Below are positions 22,429 through 32,453 of a stretch of DNA of 64,000 nt, in pieces (positions within the stretch are counted from its first letter, which is position 1; each line of letters begins with the position of its first letter). The notes below the pieces were generated by a model. That model was not told the origin of the DNA. It saw only the letters and a program-made list of their open reading frames with translations, and searched no databases. The stretch spans positions 20,012 to 84,011 of the forward strand of contig JNSE01000033.1 of NCBI GenBank assembly GCA_000754455.1. The letters run 5' to 3'. The position numbers were made by a program, and so were the translations under genes. This stretch comes from an actinobacterium acAMD-2 (GTDB lineage: Bacteria; Actinomycetota; Actinomycetes; UBA12327).

Positions 22429-23750
22429 TAGACGACATCCGGTCCGGGAGTTGATCCCTGTGATGAAACTGATGGCCGAGCGGCACCGAGGGTGCCGAAG
22501 GTATGCATGAGCTTGAGTTCTTCATTGATCACACCACCGAGGCGACGCACTCCCTCACGGATGCGATCGGGCTCGGGGAAGCTGTAGGACAGTCGAATCG
22601 ATTGCCGGCCGTCCCCATTGATGTAAAAGGCGGTGCCAGGCACGTAGGCCACCCGGGCAGTCACGGCCCGAGGCAGCATCGCGGTGCCATCCATCCCCTC
22701 TGGCAGGGTCACCCAGACGTAGAAACCGCCGGTGGGATGGGTCCAGGTGGTCCCTTCGGGCATGTGCTGGGTCAGGGCTTCGAGGGTGGCGTCGCGACGC
22801 TCGCGGTACACCTCGCGGAAGATCTTGATCTGGTCCATCCACGGTTGCGTGTCCAGGTAGGTCGAAATGGTGAGCTGTGAAAAGGCGGGAGGACATAAGA
22901 CCGCGGACTCCGCAGCCAAGGTCAATTTCTCGCGAACACCGTGCGGGGCAACAGCCCATCCAACGCGAATGCCAGCCGCAAACGTCTTACTGAATGAGCC
23001 GAGATAGATCACACCATCGGAGTCATGCGAGCGGATCGCTTGCGGAATGTGTCCGTCAAAGCCGAGCAAACCGTAGGGGTCATCTTCGATGATGAGCACT
23101 CCCGCGCTTTGACAAATCTGCAGAATTTCCATGCGGCGATCTTGGGGTTGGGACAAGCCCGCGGGGTTGTGAAACGTCGGAATGGTGTAGACGAACTTCG
23201 GAGTTTTGCCTTGTGCTGCAAGGGTTTTGAGGGTTTCGCGTAGCGCTTCAGGATTGAGTCCGTGCTCGTCCATGGCGACGTGTTCGACATCAACCTGGTA
23301 GGCCCTAAAAACACCTAGTGCTCCGACGTACGACGGAGCTTCAGCAATAATCACGTCACCGGGATCGCAGAAAATTCGCGTGATCAGGTCCAAGGCCATT
23401 TGTGATCCAACGGTCACAATGACGTCATCGGGGTGCGGGGCGATTCCTTGCAGCCCGACCATTTCGCAGATTTGTTCGCGCAGTCGTTGGTCACCGTTGC
23501 CGCTGCCGTACTGCAACGCGACCTGTCCTCGAGTGGCCAACATGTTGGCCACGGTGGAGGTGACCGTTTCCATGGAAAGCGCAGCAATATTGGGCATTCC
23601 ACCAGCCAGCGAGACCACTTCAGGGCGGGAGGCCACAGCAAAAAGGGACCGGATCTCACTGGCGGTCATGCCGTGGGTGCGCTTGGCATACCGGGCCAGG
23701 TGAGGGTCAAGCCGGTTTCCCAAAGGGGATTCGCCGGATTGGGGCGCCAT
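22428..23750 (-). CDS. PLP-dependent aminotransferase (class I/II, 2-aminoadipate/MocR-like catalytic domain)
   Basis: ORF 22428..23822 has PLP-lysine context SFSKTFAAGIRVGW and PTFHNPAG. ATG at 23750 preferred. It overlaps the ddl start by 1 nt (TAATG). Confidence 0.8.
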   Translation of the reverse strand: MAPQSGESPLGNRLDPHLARYAKRTHGMTASEIRSLFAVASRPEVVSLAGGMPNIAALSMETVTSTVANMLATRGQVALQYGSGNGDQRLREQICEMVGLQGIAPHPDDVIVTVGSQMALDLITRIFCDPGDVIIAEAPSYVGALGVFRAYQVDVEHVAMDEHGLNPEALRETLKTLAAQGKTPKFVYTIPTFHNPAGLSQPQDRRMEILQICQSAGVLIIEDDPYGLLGFDGHIPQAIRSHDSDGVIYLGSFSKTFAAGIRVGWAVAPHGVREKLTLAAESAVLCPPAFSQLTISTYLDTQPWMDQIKIFREVYRERRDATLEALTQHMPEGTTWTHPTGGFYVWVTLPEGMDGTAMLPRAVTARVAYVPGTAFYINGDGRQSIRLSYSFPEPDRIREGVRRLGGVINEELKLMHTFGTLGAARPSVSSQGSTPGPDVV

Positions 23751-23885
23751 GTCACCTGCCTTCAACGCAGGACGGGAGCCCAAAAACGGCCACCGCCAGG
23801 GGGAATGTCTAGGTCTAAGCATGAAGCATGGGGCCAGCGAACCCGCATTCGGTCCGGTGTGGCGTGTTCAGGCGTAGAACTGTCG

Positions 23886-24986
23886 TCAGTCCTGGGATTC
23901 AGGAGTGAACAGGTGCTGGACTCCAGAGGCGATGGCTTCGGCCACGACGTCGCGAAATCCCGGATCGCTTAACCGAGCCGCGTCGGTGGGGTTGCTCAGG
24001 TATCCAATTTCAACGCGGACCGCTGGCATCGTCGTCCAACGCAATAAGTCCCACGTTTTGCCATGGATGCGACCGTCGGGCAAATCGGTGCGCGCGACGA
24101 TTTCGTCTTGAATCAATTGGGCTAGACGTTGGCCAACCGAAGAGTGCGTCGCCGCGTTGCCAAAAAAGTAGGTCGCTACTCCGCGAGCTGCATCATTTGC
24201 CAGCGCATCGGCATGGATAGAGATCACCAGATCGGCACCAGCGGTGTTACTAAATTCAGCGCGCGCCTGTTCGTCCAGGGCCGTGTCTAGGTCAACGGGT
24301 CGAGTCAGAAAGGCCGTTGCTCCCAGGGCCGTGAGGCGCCCTTCGACGCGAGTGGCGATGTCAAAGGCGATGTTGGCTTCGCTCCACTCCAGTAGATCGG
24401 AGGTGCAGCCGGCGTCGGGTCCGCCGTGACCGGCATCAACGACGATGATGCGCCCAGCCGGTGTTGATCCTTGGCGCAGCAGGGCTTCGTTCTCGCGAAG
24501 GGCTGCGGGTGCTCCCCCGGTGACTGACCTCGAGAGCCGATGCAAGGCCGCCAACGTGGCGGGTCCACACGTTCCATCAGGAGTCAGACCGACGTTGCGT
24601 TGGAAATCGCACACGGCGTCAAACGTCTGATGCCCGAAGATGCCGTCAATGCGCCCCGGGTCAAAACCCATGCCCGTCAATCGCTGTTGCAATTGAGCGA
24701 TGTCATCGCCGCGAAGCAGGTGGCTGACCTGATAGCTCAACAGGCGATCGCCCAAGGCCCAGTGGGCTTCATCGAGGGCTCGCACGGTGTGCGGCCCAAC
24801 AATGCCGTCAACCAACAGCCCACGTTGTTGCTGAAAGTGACGAACCGCGAGGTCTAACCCCTCATCGAAGACGTCACCACCGGCGTCATCGCTGAGGTGC
24901 CCTAAGCCGTTGAGCCGATCGCGAAATTCCAGGATGGCTGTGCCCGAGTCACCGCGACGATAGAGCGTCGGCACAGACGAGGGCAT
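23886..24986 (-). CDS. cwlM: N-acetylmuramoyl-L-alanine amidase family protein with two peptidoglycan-binding repeats (CwlM-like)
   Basis: Two PG_binding_1-like repeats (FQQQRGLLVDGIVGPHT, FQRNVGLTPDGTCGPAT) followed by an Amidase_3 region (VVDAGHGGPDAG). It is adjacent to trxA-trxB as in mycobacteria. Confidence 0.8.
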   Translation of the reverse strand: MPSSVPTLYRRGDSGTAILEFRDRLNGLGHLSDDAGGDVFDEGLDLAVRHFQQQRGLLVDGIVGPHTVRALDEAHWALGDRLLSYQVSHLLRGDDIAQLQQRLTGMGFDPGRIDGIFGHQTFDAVCDFQRNVGLTPDGTCGPATLAALHRLSRSVTGGAPAALRENEALLRQGSTPAGRIIVVDAGHGGPDAGCTSDLLEWSEANIAFDIATRVEGRLTALGATAFLTRPVDLDTALDEQARAEFSNTAGADLVISIHADALANDAARGVATYFFGNAATHSSVGQRLAQLIQDEIVARTDLPDGRIHGKTWDLLRWTTMPAVRVEIGYLSNPTDAARLSDPGFRDVVAEAIASGVQHLFTPESQD

Positions 24987-25006
24987 GGGAAGAGTGTGAC
25001 GAAGGC

Positions 25007-25330
25007 TTAGGCGATGTAGTCAGCGAGGTCTTCGAGCAACTTAGCCTTGGGCTTCGCGCCGACGATTTGCTTGACGACTTCGCCGCCCTGGAAGACGTTC
25101 ATGGTGGGAATTGAGCTCACGCCGTAGTTGGCCGCAATGCTGGGGTTTTCATCCACATTGAGTTTCACGATGGTGAGCTTGTCGCCGTGCTCGTTGGAGA
25201 TTTCTTCCAAGATCGGACCCACCATGCGGCAGGGACCACACCACTCAGCCCAAAAGTCCACGAGCACGGGCTTATCGCTCTGCAAGACATCGGCGGCGAA
25301 ACTGGCGTCGGTCACGTTTTTGGTGGCCAT
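25007..25330 (-). CDS. trxA: thioredoxin
   Basis: 107 aa MATKNVTDASF...WAEWCGPCRM. AGGAG lies upstream of the ATG at 25330. The remainder of ORF 25007..25615 overlaps trxB. Confidence 0.93.
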   Translation of the reverse strand: MATKNVTDASFAADVLQSDKPVLVDFWAEWCGPCRMVGPILEEISNEHGDKLTIVKLNVDENPSIAANYGVSSIPTMNVFQGGEVVKQIVGAKPKAKLLEDLADYIA

Positions 25331-25352
25331 AGGGGTGCTCCTTAGGTGGGGG

Positions 25353-26309
25353 TCAGTGGTCTGAGAGGGCTTGGTGGTCACGGTCGGCAAGAAAGCGTTC
25401 TGCATCCAAGGCTGCGGCACAGCCGGTTCCTGCTGCAGTGATGGCTTGACGATAGCGGTGATCAACGACATCACCGGCAGCGAAAACGCCGATTTGGTTG
25501 GTAGCGGTGGTGGGGTGCTGGACGTGGACGTAGCCTTCGTCGTCGAGATCAATTTGTCCCGCGAGCAGTTCCGAGCGGGGATCATGCCCAATGGCGACGA
25601 ACAAGCCCGTGGCATCCAGGTCTGATTCCACCCCAGTCTTCACGTTACGCACCCGCAACCCGGTGACTTTGTCCTCGCCCAAGACGTCAATGACTTCGGT
25701 GTCCCAGAGGAAGGAAATCTTCTGGTTGGCGATGGCTCGGTCTTGCATGATTTTGGAGGCGCGCAATTCATCGCGGCGATGAACGATGGTGACGGTCTTG
25801 GCAAAGCGGGTCAAGAATGTGGCTTCTTCCATGGCCGTATCTCCACCACCGACAACGACGATGTTTTGTTCCTTAAAGAAGAATCCATCGCAGGTAGCGC
25901 ACCAAGAAACCCCGCGTCCGGACAGGCGCTTTTCGTTCGGAAGCCCAATTTCTCGGTAGCCAGAGCCTGTCGCGATGATCACGCTGTGGGCCTGGTGAGT
26001 CACGCCGTCGCCGTCCACCACGGTCTTAATAGCGCCGGTCAAATCAACGCTTGTGACGTCATCGGTAATGAATTCAGCACCAAATTTTTCGGCTTGCGCG
26101 CGCAAGTCGTTCATCAAGGCCGGGCCCTGAATCCCCTCGGGAAAGCCAGGAAAGTTTTCGACTTCGGTGGTGTTCATCAAGGCTCCACCGGCGGTGACGG
26201 CACCTTCAAAAATCAAAGGAGCCAAATTGGCGCGTGCTGCGTAAATGGCTGCGGTGTAGCCCGATGGCCCGGAGCCAATGATGATGACGTTGCGAACGAC
26301 CTCGCTCAC
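25353..26309 (-). CDS. trxB: thioredoxin-disulfide reductase
   Basis: [18 protein letters not shown] motif and the redox-active CATCDG. GTG at 26309 preferred because AAGGAAA lies upstream. Confidence 0.93.
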   Translation of the reverse strand: MSEVVRNVIIIGSGPSGYTAAIYAARANLAPLIFEGAVTAGGALMNTTEVENFPGFPEGIQGPALMNDLRAQAEKFGAEFITDDVTSVDLTGAIKTVVDGDGVTHQAHSVIIATGSGYREIGLPNEKRLSGRGVSWCATCDGFFFKEQNIVVVGGGDTAMEEATFLTRFAKTVTIVHRRDELRASKIMQDRAIANQKISFLWDTEVIDVLGEDKVTGLRVRNVKTGVESDLDATGLFVAIGHDPRSELLAGQIDLDDEGYVHVQHPTTATNQIGVFAAGDVVDHRYRQAITAAGTGCAAALDAERFLADRDHQALSDH

Positions 26310-26440
26310 GGTGATTTTCCTTTGACTCAATGCGGCGTGCACAAGTGGTTGTGCCTGTAAGAACCGATCCTACGGGCGATTTGTTCCCGCGGATCCAGCG
26401 CCCGTTGGCCTAGGGCTGACGGGGGATAAACCGCACCTGT

Positions 26441-27208
26441 TCAGGGACGCTGGATGCGTCCAAACCACAAGATCTCAGGTTCACCGGTCGTGCACGAGGG
26501 GCGAACGACCCAGATGTCGAGCTGCTGGCCGTTGGCTTGGGTGGCAAAGGCGATCAGGGCTGCTGGCTCACTGGAGAACTGCCCGATATCGAGCAGAACT
26601 GGCGAGCGAGAGTCACTGCCCGTGATCTCAACAAAGCACTTGGCACGAGCGATTTCGTCGGCAATGAACAGTTGACTGGCTGGATCCAACACCGATGCTG
26701 ACGTGCCCACTGATGTTTCAGGAGTGGGTTGCACCAGTGAGGTGACCATCGGATCACTGCCGGCAACGGCACCCTTGTCTTGACGTTGAGTAATTAAGGT
26801 TTGCAGTTGTTTGCGAATCGCACCTGGTGTGTATTGCAACCCTGAGGTCGTCACTGTTCGCGCGATGGGCAACGGAGCTGCAACGGATTTTTGGTTCGAT
26901 GGCGTAGCTGCATCACCACTAGCGACGGTAGGTGAGGTAGTCGTTGACGAAACGCTATTAAGAACCACACCGGCAAGAAGTGCCAACGCGGCAATGCTGG
27001 CGACAGCGCCGGCAAGCCGTAGTTGTGGACGTGACCTGCGTTCGGGCGGGCGGGCTGCCTCGTCGTGGAGTTGGGCTATCTGGTCCTGCCAACGAGCCGC
27101 CACAGCCGGCGGAACAGGCCCATCGGACTGCCGGGGCTGCAAGGTTTCACGCACGAATTGCTCGTCATCAGGCCCTAAATCAGGGAAAAGCTCAGGGACA
27201 TCGGCCAT
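26441..27208 (-). CDS. putative anti-sigma factor (single-pass membrane protein)
   Basis: 255 aa immediately downstream of the ECF sigma gene, with one TM segment (LRLAGAVASIAALALLAGVVL). Function is assigned from position only. Confidence 0.5.
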   Translation of the reverse strand: MADVPELFPDLGPDDEQFVRETLQPRQSDGPVPPAVAARWQDQIAQLHDEAARPPERRSRPQLRLAGAVASIAALALLAGVVLNSVSSTTTSPTVASGDAATPSNQKSVAAPLPIARTVTTSGLQYTPGAIRKQLQTLITQRQDKGAVAGSDPMVTSLVQPTPETSVGTSASVLDPASQLFIADEIARAKCFVEITGSDSRSPVLLDIGQFSSEPAALIAFATQANGQQLDIWVVRPSCTTGEPEILWFGRIQRP

Positions 27209-27213
27209 GCGGA

Positions 27214-27846
27214 TTACTCACCTCCCGAGGCAGTTGGCTGTGGCGGTTCAGGCACTGGTGTGACGCTTTCGGTGCCGTCTCGGTTCCGAAGATGCTCAAG
27301 GAGGGGTAATAGGCGGGCCCGCCCTCGAAAGCAGCGACTCTTGACCGTTCCTGCTGGAATGCCCAATAGCTCAGCGGCATCTTCAATGCTGTATCCCAAG
27401 ACATCGACTGCGACGACAGCCGCGCGCTGTTCGGGTGGAAGTTTCTCAAGTGCGGCACGCACATCCAAGGAGATCAACTGATCATCAATGCGGTCGTGCT
27501 GATCGGTAAAGGCTGGGTGATCAGTGAGATCAAGTGCATTGCTGCGCGTCGGGCGCGATTTGTTGCGGCGCATGCGATCGATGCATGCATTCACGACGAT
27601 GCGGTGGAGCCAGGTCGTCACTGCCGCATCACCGCGATAGTTGCTCGCTGAACGAAAAGCAGAGATCAATGCTTCTTGAACCGCATCTGATGCTTCCTGC
27701 GGATCACCCAAGGTGCGCATGGCGATAGCCCATAACCGGTCCTGGTGGCGACGGACAAGTTCACCAAAGGCGTCGGGATTGCCGTTGGTGTGGGCCGCCA
27801 TGAGGGCCCGGTCATCAAGGTCGGAGAAGGCGGTGATGGGATCCAC
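27214..27846 (-). CDS. ECF-family RNA polymerase sigma factor (SigM-like)
   Basis: 210 aa with sigma-70 region 2 (LWAIAMRTLGDPQEASDAVQEALISAF...WLHRIVVNACID) and region 4 (EQRAAVVAVDVLGYSIEDAAELLGIPAGTVKSR). Confidence 0.85.
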   Translation of the reverse strand: MDPITAFSDLDDRALMAAHTNGNPDAFGELVRRHQDRLWAIAMRTLGDPQEASDAVQEALISAFRSASNYRGDAAVTTWLHRIVVNACIDRMRRNKSRPTRSNALDLTDHPAFTDQHDRIDDQLISLDVRAALEKLPPEQRAAVVAVDVLGYSIEDAAELLGIPAGTVKSRCFRGRARLLPLLEHLRNRDGTESVTPVPEPPQPTASGGE

Positions 27847-27947
27847 CGATTCCTCCGATCTAGGCGTAATACGAGTTCCTAGCCTAACGATTTTTGGCGG
27901 TGTGTCGGAACAGCCACAAGGGGGTTGCTGGCGTACCGTTTTTTCAC

Positions 27948-27998
27948 AGGTCCCCCGTCGGGGAGTGGGAGGGGAAGCCCGCTGCCCGACGGGGGCCT
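27948..27998. other. inverted repeat / hairpin between the pseudokinase gene and the sigma gene
   Basis: CCCCCGTCGGG (27952-27962) pairs with CCCGACGGGGG (27985-27995) around a 22-nt loop. A T-tract follows only on the + strand. Confidence 0.3.
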
Positions 27999-28032
27999 TT
28001 TATGTTCTTCATCTTTTGCACGCATGCACGCG

Positions 28033-29037
28033 CTACGGCGACGGCGACGGCGAGCTTTCCGCGGACGCAGGCGGACCAGGTGGCGGTGATCCATCGGGCT
28101 CACTAAATGTTGCATTGAGAACTTGGAACCCAAGAAAAACCAATCCCGCAACAAATACCAAGATCACCGCGACGATGAGTGCGCGAACACCGCGTCGTCG
28201 AAGTTGTTGTGAATTGATGGTTTGAATAGGGCCGGTCGATCGACGACGTTCCAGTCGCTGGGATGCAGTCGTGCCGGAATTGCCAAGAAAGTTGCGCAAC
28301 GCTGCGCTGAGTTCGCGCGCAGTATCAATGGGACCTTCACTGCCAAACGTCTCGCCTAACGCGCGACGGCAAATGCGATCAAGGTTCGCCGAAACGTTGG
28401 CGCGGGCTCGTCGAGGTGGCAAGACACGACCTTTGTCGCGCTGAGCTGGGGGTAAACCAGATGCGCTGTCTAGTGGCCAGCGACTGGTCAAACAGGCATA
28501 CAAAAGGGCCCCCAATTGGCGCACATCCACGAGGGCATCCGCTTGGCTGGCATGCCCCAGAACCCTTGCTACGCCTAGGTCCAGGACCGAAATTTCCCCT
28601 CCGGGAGCAATCAGAATATGGACGGGATCCAGGCAGGTGTGGAACAAGTTTTTGTCGTGGGCCGCCGCCACCGATTCAGCCAGATCGGCGATCAAGTCCG
28701 CTGACTCGATGGCATCTAAGGAACCTTCAACCAAGACATCTGCCAGGAGCTCAGCATCAACGTAGGAACTGACAATGTGTGCAACCGGTGCGTTGTCCCC
28801 GATATCAAGAATGCGAATAAAACCTGCATCGTCGACACCAACAGCTTCGCGCGCAGCATCGAGCACATCAACTGTTAATGGATGCGAGTGATCGAAAGTG
28901 CGCACCGTCACGGGTCGCAATAAAAGTGTGTCTTCGCCAAACCACACGACACACCAATCGCGAGTGTTATCGAGAACTGCTTCGAGTCGATAGCGATCAG
29001 CGATGAGGTCACCAGGACTGACAAGGTGCTCACTCAT
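28033..29037 (-). CDS. protein-kinase-like (probable pseudokinase) membrane protein
   Basis: 334 aa with a kinase-fold-like N-terminal domain whose motifs are degenerate. There is no GxGxxG, HTCLDPVHIL replaces HRDLKPxN, and DLG replaces DFG. A C-terminal TM segment is present. It overlaps the murJ stop by 4 nt. Confidence 0.55.
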   Translation of the reverse strand: MSEHLVSPGDLIADRYRLEAVLDNTRDWCVVWFGEDTLLLRPVTVRTFDHSHPLTVDVLDAAREAVGVDDAGFIRILDIGDNAPVAHIVSSYVDAELLADVLVEGSLDAIESADLIADLAESVAAAHDKNLFHTCLDPVHILIAPGGEISVLDLGVARVLGHASQADALVDVRQLGALLYACLTSRWPLDSASGLPPAQRDKGRVLPPRRARANVSANLDRICRRALGETFGSEGPIDTARELSAALRNFLGNSGTTASQRLERRRSTGPIQTINSQQLRRRGVRALIVAVILVFVAGLVFLGFQVLNATFSEPDGSPPPGPPASAESSPSPSP

Positions 29038-30878
29038 TTTTTGACACGTAACGTTGATAAGCGATCGCGAACAACGTTGGTGACGTCATTGATTTGTTCA
29101 ATGTGCATGATGCGTGCGGCAGCGATGTAGGCACCAGCGCCGATGGCGTAAGCGAACAGCAGCGCCAGTAGCAGGTCGATGCGACTTGATCCCAGACCCT
29201 GAGTGACGAGCGAGAGGACAGCCCAGATAGCGATCCCGGCCAGTACGGCAGCAATGAGCATCCGAACCAGGCCGCGGATGACACCAAAGGTAGGCAAGGG
29301 GCCAGTGGTGCGACTGAGGATTCGCCACGTGATGGGAACGGTAATTAAGTAGCTCAGTGAATACCCCAGCGCCAGTGCCGGAACCTTCCAGCGCACGTCA
29401 ACCACCGAATACAGCGTGACTCCTGCGAGGACGTTGATGCTGTTCATCCCGATATTGATCAGTGCTGGAGTTTTGGTGTCCTCGAAGGAATAGAAACCGC
29501 GAAGCAAAACGTAGAACACAGTAAAGGGAATCAGACCCAGCATGAAGGCTTGCAAGATCACACCGACGAAACGCGCTTCGTCGGCAGATGCTGCACCAAA
29601 ACTAAACAGCACTTGTGCCAAGTACGGGCCACCAAGAAAGAGCGCGACAGCAGCCGGAACGATGACAGCACTGGCCATCAAGGTCCCGTCACCGATATCG
29701 CGGGCCACATCAGATTTACGACCAGCGGCAACCGCTCGACTCATCTGCGGAAGCAAGAAGGTCACGATGGAAACAGTGATGATTGAGTGCGGCAACATGA
29801 AGAGTAAATAAGCGCGCGAGTACGACGTAAATCCAGCAGAAGAAATTGCAGGATCTGCAGAAGCTAAGACGTTTGCTTTTGAGGCAAGTCGCGTGATGAC
29901 CACGTAGGAAATCTGGTTGGTGAGAACGAACAGAAAGGTCCAACCGGCGAGGTAGCGGACCTTTCCTAGGCCAGCCCCAGCAAAATCAAATCGAGGGCTC
30001 CAGCGGTACCCCGCCCGCCTCATAACCGGAATCAGGACCCCAGCCTGGGCGGCAATTCCCAGCGTTGTCCCCAGTCCCAGCAGGGCAATCTGGCCACTGG
30101 TGATGCTTGCCGTGGTGGGGTTGGACGACTGAACCACGCCCAGGAATAGCAAGGCGGTGATGATGACTACGACGTTGTTAACGATGGGTGCGTACATCGG
30201 TGCAGTGAACTGCTTTCGCGCATTGAGCACCTGAGAAAACATCGCGAAGAGTCCATAAAAAATGATTTGCGGAAGACAAAAACGGGCAAACAAGACCGCA
30301 GTATTGACATCATCGCTAGACCACGCAGAGGGACCGTAAATGCCAATGATGAGTGGTGCAAAGGCGACAACAAGAACAGTGACGCCGAGCAGGATGACGG
30401 CGACTAACGTCAGTAGCCGATCGGCATAAATCTTGCCGCCGTCACTGTCGTCGCTCATGTGGCGCACCAGTTGTGGAATGAAAATTGCGTTGAGTGCGCC
30501 ACCAGCAATCAGGATGTAAATGATGTTGGGCACGGTGTTAGCCACTGAGTACGTGTCACCAAATACGCCAAAGCCAATCGCCGCGACGATCGCGATATCG
30601 CGCACCATTCCGGTCAGCCGCGACGAGATGGTTCCGACGGCCATCGCGGCCGAGGATTGCGCCAGGTTGGGTTCGTCGGTGGCGGGAACGGGGAGGTCTG
30701 ACTCGGGGAGGTCCGGGGCCGGCTGCTCCTGCGGTTCTGGTTCTGGTTCCGGTTCGGGTCCAGGTTCGAGATTCTGAGCCGACACCACAGACTCAGTCAG
30801 ATCCGTCGTGCTTTCGTTGTCCTGAGGCTTCGGCTCAAGCGGGATGGGAACCGTGGTGTCGAGGGAATCGTCGCTCAT
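29034..30878 (-). CDS. murJ: lipid II flippase MurJ/MviN
   Basis: 614 aa and polytopic, with the MviN-like pattern (SRLTGMVRDIAIVAAIG, FIPQLV) and an acidic/Pro-rich N-terminus. Confidence 0.88.
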   Translation of the reverse strand: MSDDSLDTTVPIPLEPKPQDNESTTDLTESVVSAQNLEPGPEPEPEPEPQEQPAPDLPESDLPVPATDEPNLAQSSAAMAVGTISSRLTGMVRDIAIVAAIGFGVFGDTYSVANTVPNIIYILIAGGALNAIFIPQLVRHMSDDSDGGKIYADRLLTLVAVILLGVTVLVVAFAPLIIGIYGPSAWSSDDVNTAVLFARFCLPQIIFYGLFAMFSQVLNARKQFTAPMYAPIVNNVVVIITALLFLGVVQSSNPTTASITSGQIALLGLGTTLGIAAQAGVLIPVMRRAGYRWSPRFDFAGAGLGKVRYLAGWTFLFVLTNQISYVVITRLASKANVLASADPAISSAGFTSYSRAYLLFMLPHSIITVSIVTFLLPQMSRAVAAGRKSDVARDIGDGTLMASAVIVPAAVALFLGGPYLAQVLFSFGAASADEARFVGVILQAFMLGLIPFTVFYVLLRGFYSFEDTKTPALINIGMNSINVLAGVTLYSVVDVRWKVPALALGYSLSYLITVPITWRILSRTTGPLPTFGVIRGLVRMLIAAVLAGIAIWAVLSLVTQGLGSSRIDLLLALLFAYAIGAGAYIAAARIMHIEQINDVTNVVRDRLSTLRVKK

Positions 30879-31001
30879 GCCAGCTCATCACCGATGGGGC
30901 TATTTGCGGACATGACTTAGACCCTACGGTCCCGCATCCCTCCTTGGGCGTCAGACCTGCCTAGGGTTGGGGTGCTGAGTTCGTGAATTGATGGAGGTCT
31001 G

Positions 31002-32426
31002 GTGTCCGCTGAGCAACATGCGCTGGTTAGCCGTGTTGTCGCCGCCAACCCGGTCATTGGGGAACTAGGTGAGCGCTTTACGGCTGCCGGGTTTGAGCTG
31101 TCGCTGGTCGGCGGCAGTGTGCGCGATGCGCTGTTGGGCCGATTGGGCCATGACCTGGATTTCACCACGAATGCTCGCCCCGATGACATCACAAAGTTGA
31201 TCACTGGTTGGGCTGATGCCATTTGGGATGTCGGCCGTGAGTTCGGAACGATTGCTGCACGACGAGGTGATTTCGATATCGAGATCACCACGTACCGCAG
31301 TGAAGAGTATGACCCTGATTCACGCAAACCAGCCGTTGAGTACGGCGACACCTTGGTCGGAGACCTAGGTCGTCGTGACTTCACTGTGAACTCTATGGCT
31401 TTTACTTTGGGAGTTAACGAACTCGTCGATCCGTTTAACGGAACGAGCGATCTGCACGAGCGTCGATTAATGACGCCCGCAGCACCCGAGCAATCGTTTA
31501 GTGATGACCCATTGCGGATGATGCGCGCGGCCCGATTCGCGGCGCAACTGGGGTTTGATGTCGCAGAGGACGTCGTCACGGCGATGACGTCGATGAACGA
31601 ACGAATTTCGATCATTTCGGCTGAGCGAGTTCGTGACGAAATCATCAAATTGGTGATGGCCGATTTTCCGCGAAAAGGCTTGGAATTACTGGGCTCCACG
31701 GGCTTGGCCGAGCATGTCCTGCCCGAAATTGTGGGCATGAAAACCACGGTTGATGAACATAAGCGGCACAAGGACGTTTATGAGCACACTTTGATGGTGG
31801 TGGAACAAGCCATTGACTTAGAAAAGTCCCACGAGCCAACGAGCGGACCTGATTTTATTTTGCGCTTTGCAGCTCTGATGCACGATATTGGTAAACCAAA
31901 AACGCGTCGCTTTGAAGGCGCCAACCGTGTGACATTTCATCATCACGAAGTGGTGGGAGCCAAGATGACGCGCAAGCGCATGAAGGCTCTGCGATTTAGT
32001 AACGATGAAATTGATCAAGTCTCAACATTGGTTGAGCTGCACTTGCGCTTTCACGGTTACGGTTCAGGTGAATGGACCGACTCGGCGGTGCGACGCTATG
32101 TTCGCGATGCCGGTGATCAATTGGTGCGTTTACACAAGCTCACGCGCGCTGACTGCACCACGCGTAATGCGCGCAAGGCCGCAGCACTGGCGCGCACCTA
32201 TGACAGTTTGGAAGCGCGAATTGCCGACCTCGCAGCGCATGAAGAATTGGCATCTATTCGCCCCGACCTCGACGGCGAACAAATCATGGAAATCCTGGGA
32301 ATTGGACCAGGTCGCGAGGTAGGCCAGGCCTACCGGTTCTTGCTTGATTTACGCCTAGATCGAGGCCCGCTCGATGCGGAGATGGCCAAGGAGGCCTTGT
32401 TGGCCTGGTGGGCAGCTCGGCCCTGA
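31002..32426 (+). CDS. cca: CCA tRNA nucleotidyltransferase / poly(A) polymerase family, HD domain
   Basis: 474 aa with GGSVRDALLGR, DLDFTT and an HD region (LMHDIGKP). Confidence 0.85.
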   Translation: MSAEQHALVSRVVAANPVIGELGERFTAAGFELSLVGGSVRDALLGRLGHDLDFTTNARPDDITKLITGWADAIWDVGREFGTIAARRGDFDIEITTYRSEEYDPDSRKPAVEYGDTLVGDLGRRDFTVNSMAFTLGVNELVDPFNGTSDLHERRLMTPAAPEQSFSDDPLRMMRAARFAAQLGFDVAEDVVTAMTSMNERISIISAERVRDEIIKLVMADFPRKGLELLGSTGLAEHVLPEIVGMKTTVDEHKRHKDVYEHTLMVVEQAIDLEKSHEPTSGPDFILRFAALMHDIGKPKTRRFEGANRVTFHHHEVVGAKMTRKRMKALRFSNDEIDQVSTLVELHLRFHGYGSGEWTDSAVRRYVRDAGDQLVRLHKLTRADCTTRNARKAAALARTYDSLEARIADLAAHEELASIRPDLDGEQIMEILGIGPGREVGQAYRFLLDLRLDRGPLDAEMAKEALLAWWAARP

Positions 32427-32453
32427 TCGAGCCAGCCAGCACCAGGGCGAGGA

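Noticed and set aside
25331-25615. A 95-codon N-terminal extension of the thioredoxin ORF.
   Set aside because: It overlaps the 3' end of trxB in another frame. A canonical 107-aa thioredoxin starts at the ATG at 25330 with AGGAG upstream.
30917-31771. A 284-aa minus-strand ORF.
   Set aside because: It lies entirely antisense to the cca gene, which has clear nucleotidyltransferase and HD motifs. Its translation is Ser/Arg/Pro-rich with no recognisable domain.
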